In this document: positions 17,987-27,379 of the stretch, one piece after another | How the letters are laid out: every line of letters begins with the position of its first letter | Numbering within the stretch: the stretch's first letter is position 1 | Assembly: GCA_031441465.1 (NCBI GenBank) | Contig: JANOEP010000068.1 | Span: 1 to 33,481, forward strand | Length of the DNA: 33,481 nt | Reading direction: 5' to 3' | Source of the DNA: a bacterium | GTDB taxonomy: Bacteria; Krumholzibacteriota; Krumholzibacteriia; LZORAL124-64-63 | Notes under the pieces: model-generated | Told to the model about the DNA's origin: nothing | What the model saw: the letters and a program-made list of their open reading frames with translations, nothing else | The model's database searches: none | Program-made: the position numbers and the translations under genes

Positions 17987-18933
17987 GCCGGCGCCTTCGC
18001 GAAGAGGTTGCGCACGCGGACGAGCCAGTTGCCGCGCTCGTCGATCAGGCGGCGCAGCGCCGGCAGGGCGTCGCGGGCCGCATCGTAGCCGCAGCGGCGG
18101 CAAGCCTCGGCGTCGCGGAAGTCGGACCAGTGGTAGGCGCCCACGTCCGGCGTGATCACGAGGTCGGCGGTGCGGATCACTAGGGCATCCAGGCGCAGCC
18201 GGGCGATGGCGTCGCTGCGCAGGATCACGTCCATGCCGGTGCGGTACTCGGTCTTGCCGGGCTCGAACGACGGGATGTCCACGGCGATCACGAGTTCCGC
18301 TCCCAGGTCGCGGCAGGTCTCGATCGGCACGCGGAACGGGGCGCCGCCGTCGACGACCAGCCGGCCGTCGCGGGCCAGCGGCGGGAACACGCCGGGCACC
18401 GCGGCGCTGGCGTAGACGGCGTCGAGCAGGTCGCCCGTGCGGAACACGACGCGTTCGCCCGCCACCAGGTCCAGTCCCACGGCCGCGAACGGCAGCCTGA
18501 GCTGGGCGAAGTCGCGGGCGACGAAAATCTGTGCGAGGGGGTGGCGCAGGCGCGCCTCGTCGACCAGGCAGGGGCGCGTCACGGTCTTGACGGCCAGGTA
18601 CTTCTTGTGGAGCGCGTCGACCAGCTCGCGGAAGCGGCCGGCGTCCTCCTCGGCGCCGGAGCCCTTCGGGACGAAGGGCGCCCAGGTCTCCAGGAACTCG
18701 GGATCCTCGGCGAAACGTGCCAGACGCCGCCAGGTTTCGGCCGCGTCCAGGGTCTCGGCGTACAGCCCGCCGACGATGGCGCCCATGCTGGTGCCGGCGA
18801 TGCAGGCCGGCGCGAGGCCGGCCTCTTCGAGCGCCTGCAGGACGCCGGCGTGAGCCAGTCCGCGGGCGCCGCCGCTGCCCAGGGCGAGGCCGATCACCGG
18901 CGTTGCGCTCATGCGCGGTGGCCTTTCGTTCAT
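17983..18933 (-). CDS. Patatin-like phospholipase
   Basis: LALGSGGARGLAHAGV, GTSMG nucleophile elbow, ASAAVPGVFPP, VDGG; ATGA overlap with the upstream stop. Confidence 0.92.
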   Translation of the reverse strand: MNERPPRMSATPVIGLALGSGGARGLAHAGVLQALEEAGLAPACIAGTSMGAIVGGLYAETLDAAETWRRLARFAEDPEFLETWAPFVPKGSGAEEDAGRFRELVDALHKKYLAVKTVTRPCLVDEARLRHPLAQIFVARDFAQLRLPFAAVGLDLVAGERVVFRTGDLLDAVYASAAVPGVFPPLARDGRLVVDGGAPFRVPIETCRDLGAELVIAVDIPSFEPGKTEYRTGMDVILRSDAIARLRLDALVIRTADLVITPDVGAYHWSDFRDAEACRRCGYDAARDALPALRRLIDERGNWLVRVRNLFAKAPA

Positions 18934-19946
18934 CGACGCGGAGAAGCCAGGCCGATCGCCAGCTGCTTGTTCAGGACGAACCCGAGCACCCCGAGCGAAT
19001 CGTAGCCGCCGACCATGAGGCGGGGCAAGGCCATCCTCGGCGTGACGGGCGTGAACAGGCCGGGGCTCGAGGTCCAGGCGCGCGTGTAGCCGGCCTCCCG
19101 CGTGGCCGCGGCCACGCGCGCGTCCCAGGTGCCGTTGGGATAGGCCAGGTCGGCGGGTGGGGATCCCGTCAGCCCGGCCAGGATGCGCCGCGACTCGGTC
19201 AGGTTCATCGCCAGCGCCGCGTCGTCGAGGTAGGTCAGCAGGACGTGGTCGTGGGAGTGGGAGCCGACCCGCGCCCACGGGCTGCGGGCCAGTTCCCGCA
19301 CCTCGTCCTCGGTGAGGGGGCGGAAGCGCTGCAGATGCCCGGCGGCGGCGGCGCCGTGCAGGCCGGCGATGTGCGCGAGCGCCCCGGCCACCCTGGGATG
19401 GTCCTGGTTGCCGACCCGCTTGAGGTCCACCAGCAGCCGTTCGAGGTCCTCCCAACGGTCGCCGTCATCGGCCGGGCGGAAGCGGTAGTCGGCGAAACCG
19501 AAGGCTGTCAGATCGAGACGCTCCAGGCGCAGGGCCTGCACCGGGGTCAGCACGAGGTCCGGCCAGAAGGGTCGCTGCTCCTGCACCGGGTGCGTGGAGA
19601 CGAAGAAGAGCGCCGGCGCTTCGTGCGCTGCAAGCAGGGGCAGCGCCAGCTTGAGGTTGTTCACGTAGCCGTCGTCGAAGGTCAGCATCACGTTCAGGCG
19701 GTCGTGAGCCAACCTCTCCGGCGCGTCCAGATCCTCGGGCGCGATGAAGCGCGCGACGCGGCCCAGCCACGTCAGATGGCGGTCGAAGTCGGTCACGGAC
19801 AGGCGCAGCCAGTTGCGGAAGTCCCCGTCCTCGCGCAGGTCGTGGTAGCAGAGGACCGCCACCACGGGGCCGCTGCGGCCGCCGACGCGGGTCAGGCTGC
19901 GGGTCAGGACCGGCTGGCCGATCACGGATTTCACGGCTTCCAGCAT
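18930..19946 (-). CDS. Polysaccharide deacetylase (CE4/NodB homology)
   Basis: LCYH, LTFDDGY, VGSHSHDH, LAYPNG, LPRL motifs; start ATG 19946 is approximate. Confidence 0.88.
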   Translation of the reverse strand: MLEAVKSVIGQPVLTRSLTRVGGRSGPVVAVLCYHDLREDGDFRNWLRLSVTDFDRHLTWLGRVARFIAPEDLDAPERLAHDRLNVMLTFDDGYVNNLKLALPLLAAHEAPALFFVSTHPVQEQRPFWPDLVLTPVQALRLERLDLTAFGFADYRFRPADDGDRWEDLERLLVDLKRVGNQDHPRVAGALAHIAGLHGAAAAGHLQRFRPLTEDEVRELARSPWARVGSHSHDHVLLTYLDDAALAMNLTESRRILAGLTGSPPADLAYPNGTWDARVAAATREAGYTRAWTSSPGLFTPVTPRMALPRLMVGGYDSLGVLGFVLNKQLAIGLASPRR

Positions 19947-20055
19947 GGACTCTCGTTTCGAATAGTGGGGATCGATCCCCGCCATTGTAGCTCTCCCCAT
20001 GCAGGATGCCAACCCGGGCCGGCCAGGCGACGGGCGGCTGTCCCGGGACGCGGAA

Positions 20056-20066
20056 TGTGGTACAAT
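20056..20066 (+). promoter_or_regulatory. Extended -10 promoter for the S8 protease gene
   Basis: TGTGGTACAAT about 75 nt upstream of ATG 20141. Confidence 0.5.
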
Positions 20067-20140
20067 GACGGGAATCCGCGGCGCGCCGCCGGGCGCGGCC
20101 GCGATGCACCCTTCGACTCCGCATCCAGCCTGGAGGCTCC

Positions 20141-23100
20141 ATGAGATCCCGTCCGATCACCCTCACGGTCGCGCTGGCCGCGGTTTGCCTCGTCGCGTCG
20201 GCCGTCGCCGCCGCCCCCGCGCCTTCCGCCGCGGTGAGCCGCGCGCTCGCGGACCCCGCTTTCGCCGGCCGTGCCGCCGACGGGACCATCGCCGTCTGGG
20301 TCTGGTTCCAGGACAAGGGTCTGCAGGGGGACGCCCTCGGGCGCGCCCTGGACGCCGCCGAGCGCGGCCTGGGCGAGCGCGCCGCCGCCCGCCGCGCGAA
20401 ATCGGCGGTCGAGGCGAGCGACCGCCTGGCCGACATCACCGACCTGCCGCTGCACCGCCCCTACCTCGACGCGGCTCAGGAGACCGGCGCGCGGTTGCGC
20501 CGCGAATCCCGCTGGCTCAACGCCGCCAGCTTCGACGCGCAGCCGGACCAGGTGCGCGCCATGACGGCGCTGCCGTGCGTGCGCGAGGTGACGCTGGTGC
20601 GGCGCGCGCAGCCCCGACCCGCGCCCGCGGTTCCCGAGATCGCCGCGGCGGTTCCGGCGGACAAGAACGCCGCCTGGTCGATCGACTACGGCGCCACGCT
20701 CCCGGATCTCGAGCAGATCAACGTGCCGGCCCTGCACGAGGAGGGCGTTCACGGCCAGGGCGTGCTGATCGGCATGATGGATTCGGGCTTCCGCACCAGC
20801 CACGTGTCGCTGGCCGGCCTGCCGGTGCTCGACCGCTGGGACTTCGTCAACGGCGACGGCGTCGTGGAGAACGAGCCGGGCGACCCGAGCACCCAGGACG
20901 ACCACGGCACCAAGACGATGTCCACCGTCGGCGGCTACGATCCGGGCAGCCACGTCGGGCCGGCCTATGGCGCCTCGTTCGTGCTGGCCAAGACCGAGGA
21001 CGTGTCGCAGGAGGTGCCTGCCGAGGAGGACAACTGGGTCGCGGGCATCGAGTGGCTCGATACCTTCGGCGTCGACGTGGTCAGCAGCTCGCTGGGCTAC
21101 ATCGACTGGTACACCGTCGCGGATCTGGACGGCGACACCGCCGCCTGCACCATCGCGGCCGACCTGGCCGTCGGCAAGGGCATCGTGGTCTGCAACTCCG
21201 CCGGCAACGAGCGCGGTTCGAGCTGGAACGCCCTGGTCACGCCCGCCGACGGCGACAGCGTGATCACCGCCGGCGCGGTCACCAGCACCGGCGCCCTCTC
21301 GTACTTCTCCTCGCCCGGACCGACGGCCGACGGGCGCACCAAGCCCGACGTCTGCGCGCTGGGCTCGGGCAACCACGTCGCCAACCCTTCGGGCGGCTAC
21401 ACCACCGCCTCGGGCACCTCGTTCTCCTGCCCGCTGACCGCCGGCGTGGCGGCCCTAGTGCTGTCGCGCGTGCCCTCGCTGACGCCCCTGCAGGTGCGCG
21501 AGGCCCTGCGCATGACGGCCGACCGCGCCGCCACTCCCGACAACGATTTCGGCTGGGGCATCCTGGACGCCCATGCCGCCGCGCACTACTTCGGCGCTTC
21601 GATCGCCCACGCGCCGCTCGGCGACACCGAGCAGACGGCGGGCTCGTACGCCGTGACCTGCACGATCACCGACCGTGTCGCCCTGACGCCCGCCGAGCTG
21701 CAGCTGCACTGGCGGGCCGACGCCGGCGTGTGGCAGCAGGTCCAGCTCGCGCCCGCGGGCGGCGACGACTTCGCGGCGGCGATCCCCGCGCAGGCCGCCG
21801 GCGTCGTCGTGAGCTACTACCTGACCGCCGGTGATGTCCTGGGCATCCCGGCGGCGCTGCCGGCCGCGGCCCCGGCGACAGTCTTCTCCTTCCGCGTCGG
21901 CGCGGACGTCACGCCGCCGCAGATCGCGCACACGCCGCTGGGCGACCAGCCGCGGCTGACCTGGCCGCCGCTGGTCCGCGCCACGGTGACCGACAACCTC
22001 GGGCTGGCCGACGTCGGCGTGGCGTTCACCTGGAACGGCGTCCCGCAGCCGGAGTTCGCCCTGGTCGACCAGGGCGCCGGCGCCTACGGTGCCGCGTTCC
22101 CGATCGCCGCCGGTTCGGTCCAGGTGGGCGACACTTTCGTCTACACCGTCGTCGCCCACGACGCGGCGGCCGCGCCCAACACCGCGAGCGACGGACCGCA
22201 CGCCTTCACGGTCATCGACGCCCTGGGCGTGGCCCTGGTCATCGACGACACCGCCGCCAAGGCGGACGACGTCAAGTTCGACGAGCACAAGCGCTCCCTC
22301 GACGCGCCGGATCCGGCCAAGGCCGCCGCCGCGGACCTGGACCGCTGGCTGCGCGAGGCTGGCTACGTCACCGACGTCGTCGACGCCGGCGCCGTGGGCG
22401 CGGACGATTTCACGGGCAAGCAGTTCGTGGTGCTGACCTGCGGCGCCAACACCGCGCCGGTCGCCGACGCGCCGCTGCGGGTCCTGCTGCAGAACTGGGC
22501 CGCGGCCGGCGGCAAACTGCTGGTCGAGGGCGGCGAGGTGGCCTACGACGCGGTCTCTTCACCCGGATACCCCGACTTCGCCGCGCAGGTGCTGCACGCC
22601 GGCTCCTGGCGCAGCGACAACGCCGGCGCCCTGAACCTGGCGCCGGGCATGGCGTCGCACCCGGTGGCGACGAACCCGCACGTGTTGCCCGCGACGCTGA
22701 ACCTGACCTACGTCGGCTACGGCGACGAGGACGCCGTCGATCCCGCCGCCGACGCCACGGTGATCTACGGCACCGCCGGCTACGCCGCGTCCGCGGGCGT
22801 GATGGTCCACGACGACAACCCGGCGCCCCAGGCCGGTCAGATCGTGGTGCTGGCTCTGAACGTCGGCGCCCTGACCGACACGACGGCCGCCAAGCACCTC
22901 GTCGAGAACGCAGCGGCGTACCTGATGGCCGACGAGGGGCCGGCGAGCGGCTCGATCTCCGGTCTCGTGTGGACCGTGGCGGGTGGGGCCTACGTGCCGC
23001 TGGCCGGCGCCGCGGTCGACGCCGGCGCGGGTCACACCGCGATCTCCGACGGCAACGGGCACTTCAGCCTCGACGACCTCTATGCCGGCACCTACGTCGT

Positions 23101-23893
23101 GACGGCCGTCAGCGCGGGCCTGAGCACGGACGTCGCGACGGTGGTGGTCGGGGAGGGCCAGGCCGCGGAGGCCTACTTCCGGCTCGTGCCGGTCACGCAA
23201 CTCGAGTTCGACAACGTCACGCCGGCGGCGATCCCGGACAACAACACCACGGGCATCCTCTCGATCATCCACGTCGGGACGGCCGGCACGGTCGCGGATC
23301 TGAACCTCGACCTGAACGTGACGCACACCTGGCGGGGCGACCTGATCGTCGAGTTGAAGTCGCCCGCCGGCACCGTGGTCCGCCTGCACAACCGCAGCGG
23401 CAGCTCCAGCGACAACATCCTGGGCAACTACCCGGGCACGCTGGTGGTGGAAGGGCCGGGGGCGCTCGCGGACTTCGTCGGCGAGTCGATCGTCGGCGAC
23501 TGGACGCTGCGGATCTCCGACGTGGTCAGCACCGACACCGGCACCCTGAACAGCTGGGGCCTGAACCTGATCCTGCCGACGGACCTCACCGCGGCGCCGG
23601 AGACGCCGCACACGGCCGTCCGCCTGCTGCCCAACCGGCCCAACCCGTTCAACCCGCGCACCGAGATCCGCTTCGAACTCGCGCGCGACGGCGCGCCGCG
23701 GTTGGCCGTCTACGACGTGCGCGGCCAACGGGTGCGGGAACTGCTGGCGGGCGAACCCCTGGCCGCGGGCGCGCACGCCGTGGTCTGGGACGGGCGCGAC
23801 GACGCGGGACGCGAGGTCCCGAGCGGCCTCTACCTGGCGCGGCTGATCGCCGAGGGCGTCCGCCTGGATCGGAAGTTGCTCTTGGCGCGCTAA
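20141..23893 (+). CDS. Secreted multidomain S8 (subtilisin-like) serine peptidase with P-domain and C-terminal FlgD-Ig/T9SS-CTD-like domain
   Basis: Signal peptide; catalytic MDSG, DHGT, SAGN, GTSFSCP; P-domain (IPDN..THTWRGDL..GDWTLRISD..GTLNSW); tail PNPFNPRTEIRF..VYDVRGQRVR..WDGRDDAG..SGLYLARL. Confidence 0.92.
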   Translation: MRSRPITLTVALAAVCLVASAVAAAPAPSAAVSRALADPAFAGRAADGTIAVWVWFQDKGLQGDALGRALDAAERGLGERAAARRAKSAVEASDRLADITDLPLHRPYLDAAQETGARLRRESRWLNAASFDAQPDQVRAMTALPCVREVTLVRRAQPRPAPAVPEIAAAVPADKNAAWSIDYGATLPDLEQINVPALHEEGVHGQGVLIGMMDSGFRTSHVSLAGLPVLDRWDFVNGDGVVENEPGDPSTQDDHGTKTMSTVGGYDPGSHVGPAYGASFVLAKTEDVSQEVPAEEDNWVAGIEWLDTFGVDVVSSSLGYIDWYTVADLDGDTAACTIAADLAVGKGIVVCNSAGNERGSSWNALVTPADGDSVITAGAVTSTGALSYFSSPGPTADGRTKPDVCALGSGNHVANPSGGYTTASGTSFSCPLTAGVAALVLSRVPSLTPLQVREALRMTADRAATPDNDFGWGILDAHAAAHYFGASIAHAPLGDTEQTAGSYAVTCTITDRVALTPAELQLHWRADAGVWQQVQLAPAGGDDFAAAIPAQAAGVVVSYYLTAGDVLGIPAALPAAAPATVFSFRVGADVTPPQIAHTPLGDQPRLTWPPLVRATVTDNLGLADVGVAFTWNGVPQPEFALVDQGAGAYGAAFPIAAGSVQVGDTFVYTVVAHDAAAAPNTASDGPHAFTVIDALGVALVIDDTAAKADDVKFDEHKRSLDAPDPAKAAAADLDRWLREAGYVTDVVDAGAVGADDFTGKQFVVLTCGANTAPVADAPLRVLLQNWAAAGGKLLVEGGEVAYDAVSSPGYPDFAAQVLHAGSWRSDNAGALNLAPGMASHPVATNPHVLPATLNLTYVGYGDEDAVDPAADATVIYGTAGYAASAGVMVHDDNPAPQAGQIVVLALNVGALTDTTAAKHLVENAAAYLMADEGPASGSISGLVWTVAGGAYVPLAGAAVDAGAGHTAISDGNGHFSLDDLYAGTYVVTAVSAGLSTDVATVVVGEGQAAEAYFRLVPVTQLEFDNVTPAAIPDNNTTGILSIIHVGTAGTVADLNLDLNVTHTWRGDLIVELKSPAGTVVRLHNRSGSSSDNILGNYPGTLVVEGPGALADFVGESIVGDWTLRISDVVSTDTGTLNSWGLNLILPTDLTAAPETPHTAVRLLPNRPNPFNPRTEIRFELARDGAPRLAVYDVRGQRVRELLAGEPLAAGAHAVVWDGRDDAGREVPSGLYLARLIAEGVRLDRKLLLAR

Positions 23894-23940
23894 AAGAGCG
23901 GCCGCGACCCGCCGCCGACCCTCCGGTTTCGGGGGCGCCT

Positions 23941-23969
23941 TTGACCGGGCGCCCCCGATCCGCTATCCT
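23941..23969 (+). promoter_or_regulatory. Putative sigma70 promoter for the radA operon
   Basis: TTGACC-N17-TATCCT; the -35 lies in the loop of an 11-bp inverted repeat. Confidence 0.55.
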
Positions 23970-24003
23970 CCCGACGCACCCCCTCCCGGAGAGCGAGCCC
24001 GAC

Positions 24004-25458
24004 ATGTCCCGTGCGAACACCCGCTATGTCTGCGGCAACTGCGGCCACGAGGAACTGCGCTGGCTGGGCCAGTGCCCGCAGTGCCGCGATTGGAATTCCT
24101 TCGCCGCGATCGCGATCGCGGCCCCGGCCGGCAAAGGCAAGGGCGGCGGTTTCACGCGCGCTCGGCCCGAGGCCGCCGCGACGCGGCCGGACCTGGAGCC
24201 GGTCGCCCTGGCGCAGGTCGCCACCACCGCGAACGAGCGGATCCCTGTCGAACCGCAGGAAGTGGCGCGCATCCTCGGCGGCGGCCTGGTCGCCGGGTCG
24301 GTCGTGCTGCTGGGCGGCGAACCCGGCGTGGGCAAGTCCACGCTGCTGACCGGACTCGCCCTGAGCTGGGTCCGGGCCGGCGTGCGGGTCCTGTACATCG
24401 CGGGCGAGGAGTCGCCGTCGCAGATCCGCATGCGCGGCGAGCGGCTGGGCTTCGACCCGCGGGCCGAGGCGGGTTTCCACATCCTGGACGGCGTCGATCT
24501 GGAGCGGCTGTTGGGCGCGCTGTACGCCGACCGCGAGGCCCATCCGGGCCCGTGCGTCGTGATCGCGGACTCGATCCAGACACTGCACTCCGGCGACATC
24601 GACGCCTTCCCCGGCAGCGTCGCTCAGATCCGCTACTGCGGCGGTGTGCTCGCGGACTTCGCGCGCACGACCCTCAGCCCGGTCTTCCTGGTGGGACACG
24701 TCACCAAGACGGGCGACCTCGCCGGCCCGAAGCTGCTCGAGCACATGGTCGACACCGTGCTCTACTTCGAGGGCAGCGGCGGCGGCGGCGCGTTGCGGAT
24801 GATCCGCGCGGTGAAGAACCGCTTCGGCGCGACCGGCGAGCTGGCCCTGCTGGAAATGCGCAGCGACGGGCTCGTGCCGGTCACCGACGCCGGGGCGCTG
24901 TTCCTGGGCGATCGCCGCGCCGGCGAGCCCGGCACCTGCGTCGGCGTGGTGCGCAACGGCTCGCGGATGTTCCTGACCGAGGTGCAGGCCCTGGTGTCAC
25001 CGGCGCGCTACGGCACGCCCCAGCGCGTGGTGCAGGGCGTGGACAGCAAGCGCGTGGCCCTGCTCGCGGCGGTCCTGGAGAAAAGGGCCGGGTTGGACCT
25101 GGCGGGTTGCGACATCTTCGTGAAGGTCGCCGGGGGCGCCCGGCTGGAGGACCCGGCCGCGGACCTGGCCGTGGTCACGGCCCTGGCCTCGTCCCTGCGC
25201 GAGATTCCCGTGCCGTTGGACACCCTGGTGCTGGGGGAGGTGGGCCTCACCGGCGAGGTGCGCGACGTCATCGACCGCAAGAACCGGTTGCGCGAAGCCT
25301 CCCTGCACGGCTTCAAGCGCGTGGTCGCGGCGCGCAGTTCGCGCACGCCGCGCACCGAGCAGGGCATGGCCGTGCTGGCCGCCGCCACCGTCGACGAGGC
25401 GGTCGCGCTGGCACTGCAGGCGCCGGACCGCAGCCGCACCGCCGCGGCGAAGGAGTGA
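24004..25458 (+). CDS. radA: DNA repair protein RadA/Sms
   Basis: CGNCG..WLGQCPQC zinc finger, GGEPGVGKSTL, DSIQT, GHVTK..LAGPKLLEHMVD, KNRFG, GEVGLTGEVR. Confidence 0.96.
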   Translation: MSRANTRYVCGNCGHEELRWLGQCPQCRDWNSFAAIAIAAPAGKGKGGGFTRARPEAAATRPDLEPVALAQVATTANERIPVEPQEVARILGGGLVAGSVVLLGGEPGVGKSTLLTGLALSWVRAGVRVLYIAGEESPSQIRMRGERLGFDPRAEAGFHILDGVDLERLLGALYADREAHPGPCVVIADSIQTLHSGDIDAFPGSVAQIRYCGGVLADFARTTLSPVFLVGHVTKTGDLAGPKLLEHMVDTVLYFEGSGGGGALRMIRAVKNRFGATGELALLEMRSDGLVPVTDAGALFLGDRRAGEPGTCVGVVRNGSRMFLTEVQALVSPARYGTPQRVVQGVDSKRVALLAAVLEKRAGLDLAGCDIFVKVAGGARLEDPAADLAVVTALASSLREIPVPLDTLVLGEVGLTGEVRDVIDRKNRLREASLHGFKRVVAARSSRTPRTEQGMAVLAAATVDEAVALALQAPDRSRTAAAKE

Positions 25459-26207
25459 AGGTGGGCAACCCGCACCGACCGCCGGCGCTTCCCCTGCACG
25501 TGATCGTCGTCGCCGGCGGCGAGGGGCACCGCGCCCGCACCGGCGGCGACGAGGCGCCCAAGCAGTTCCAGCTCGTCGGCGGCCGGCTGTTGCTGCTGCA
25601 CGGGCTGGAAGCCTTCCTGGCGCTGCCCAGCACCGCCTCGGTGACCGTGGCCGCGCCGCCCTTCTGGCAGGCCGTGGTCCGCGAGGCCCTGGCCGCCGCG
25701 ACGAAGCTCCCGGCGACGGTGTGCGACGGCGGCGCGACGCGCACGGCGTCGACCGGCCAGGCGGCCGAGGCGCTGCAGCGTGTGTGCGCGCCGCTCGACG
25801 ACGACCTGGTGGCGGTGCACGACGCGGCCCGCCCCTGGGTGACCGCAGAATTGATCGGGCGGCTCGTGGCCGCGGCCGCGGCGCACGGCGGCGCGGTGCC
25901 CGGCGTCGAGGTGACCGACACGATCGTGGCGTTGGAAGACACAGGCGACGACGGCGCTCGCGGCCTGAGCTACCTGCCGCGCGCCGGCCTGCGCGCGCTG
26001 CAGACGCCGCAGGTTTTCCGTTGGCGGCCTTTCCTGGAGGCGCACCGCTGGGCCCGCGCGACGGGCGCTTCGTTCACCGACGACGGCGGGCTGCTCGCGG
26101 CCCGCGGCCTGCCCCCGGTGCTGGTGCCCGGCGAGACGGGCAACCGCAAGATCACCACCGCCGAGGACCTCATGGCCGCCCGCGCCCGCGCCGAGGGGCG
26201 GCCGTGA
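25455..26207 (+). CDS. ispD: 2-C-methyl-D-erythritol 4-phosphate cytidylyltransferase
   Basis: AGGEGHR..PKQF, GGATRTAS, VHDAARP, LQTPQVF, TDD, NRKITTAEDL; GTGA overlap with radA. Confidence 0.88.
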   Translation: MKVGNPHRPPALPLHVIVVAGGEGHRARTGGDEAPKQFQLVGGRLLLLHGLEAFLALPSTASVTVAAPPFWQAVVREALAAATKLPATVCDGGATRTASTGQAAEALQRVCAPLDDDLVAVHDAARPWVTAELIGRLVAAAAAHGGAVPGVEVTDTIVALEDTGDDGARGLSYLPRAGLRALQTPQVFRWRPFLEAHRWARATGASFTDDGGLLAARGLPPVLVPGETGNRKITTAEDLMAARARAEGRP

Positions 26208-27202
26208 GCGCGGCCTGCACGTACTGCGGCGCCGCCGATGGGCACCGGTTGCACGCGGCCCGCGAGATGATGTTCGGCCTCGGCGGCGCGTTCACCTACC
26301 GCGAATGCGGCGGCTGCGGCTGTCTGGAACTGCTGGACCAACCCGCCGACCTGTCGCCCTTCTACCCTGCGGACTACTACTCGTACCGACGCGCCGCCCA
26401 CCGTCGCCTGGAACGGCTGGACGCGTGGCTGAAGCGCCGCCGCGCCCGGGCTTGCCTCGAGGGCGGCGATCCGCTGGGCGCGCTGCTGAAGCGCGTCTTC
26501 GGCGAACCAGCGCAGCTGCGCTGGTTGCACCGGCTGGGGATCGGCCGCGCGGACTCCGTGCTGGACGTGGGCTGCGGCGCCGGCGAACTGCTGCGCGAAC
26601 TGCAGCGCGACGGCTGCCGGCGCTTGGCCGGCATCGACCCCTACCTCGCCGGAGATCTGGATCTCGGCGGCGGGCTGGTCGTGCTGCGCAGGGGATTGGA
26701 AGAGGTGAGCGAAAGCTACGACCTGGTCATGCTGCACCACGTGCTCGAGCACCTGCCCGATCAGCCGCGGGTCTTCGCCCAGTTGCGGCGGGTCGTGAAG
26801 CCGGGCGGCCGCTTGCTCGTGCGCGTGCCCGTGGCCGACTCGCTGGCTTGGCGGCGTTACGGCGTCGACTGGGTGCAGCTGGACGCGCCGCGCCACCTCG
26901 TGCTGCACACGCGGCGCAGCCTGGAGCGCCTGGCCCGCGGCGCCGGCTTCACGCTCGAGGGGAGCGAGGACGACGGCACGGCCTTCCAGTTCTGGGGCAG
27001 CGAGCAGTACCGCCGCGGCATCCCGCTGCGCGACCCCCGCTCCCACGCGACGGACCCGCGCCGTTCGCCGTTCACCAGCGAGGAACTCGCCGGCTTCGCC
27101 CGCGAGGCGGCGCAGGCCAACCGGGACGGCACTTCGGACCAGGCGGTGTTCTATTTCCGGCACGACGCCGGGGTCGACGGGTCCGCCCCTGCGTCCGGCT
27201 GA
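26204..27202 (+). CDS. Class I SAM-dependent methyltransferase with N-terminal Cys-rich Zn ribbon
   Basis: CTYCG..ECGGCG, VLDVGCGAG, HHVLEHL, KPGG, LDAPRHL; GTGA overlap with ispD. Confidence 0.88.
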   Translation: MSAACTYCGAADGHRLHAAREMMFGLGGAFTYRECGGCGCLELLDQPADLSPFYPADYYSYRRAAHRRLERLDAWLKRRRARACLEGGDPLGALLKRVFGEPAQLRWLHRLGIGRADSVLDVGCGAGELLRELQRDGCRRLAGIDPYLAGDLDLGGGLVVLRRGLEEVSESYDLVMLHHVLEHLPDQPRVFAQLRRVVKPGGRLLVRVPVADSLAWRRYGVDWVQLDAPRHLVLHTRRSLERLARGAGFTLEGSEDDGTAFQFWGSEQYRRGIPLRDPRSHATDPRRSPFTSEELAGFAREAAQANRDGTSDQAVFYFRHDAGVDGSAPASG

Positions 27203-27327
27203 CCCCGCCGTTCTTTCACAACTGCTTCTTTGGCTTGATGTTATGTCGTGTTTTTCCCTGAAGTCAGGGACAGGCGGCACGATGGATCAAATCCGATCCG
27301 TCAGGCAGGGGTAGCCGGGATGGTGCG

Positions 27328-27352
27328 GGAACCTATATCATATAGGATCGTT
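27328..27352 (+). promoter_or_regulatory. Putative ECF-sigma promoter with palindromic spacer
   Basis: GGAAC-N16-CGTT; CCTATAT-C-ATATAGG palindrome at 27332-27346. Confidence 0.55.
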
Positions 27353-27379
27353 AGCATCTTGAATTGCGCAGGGAGAGTC

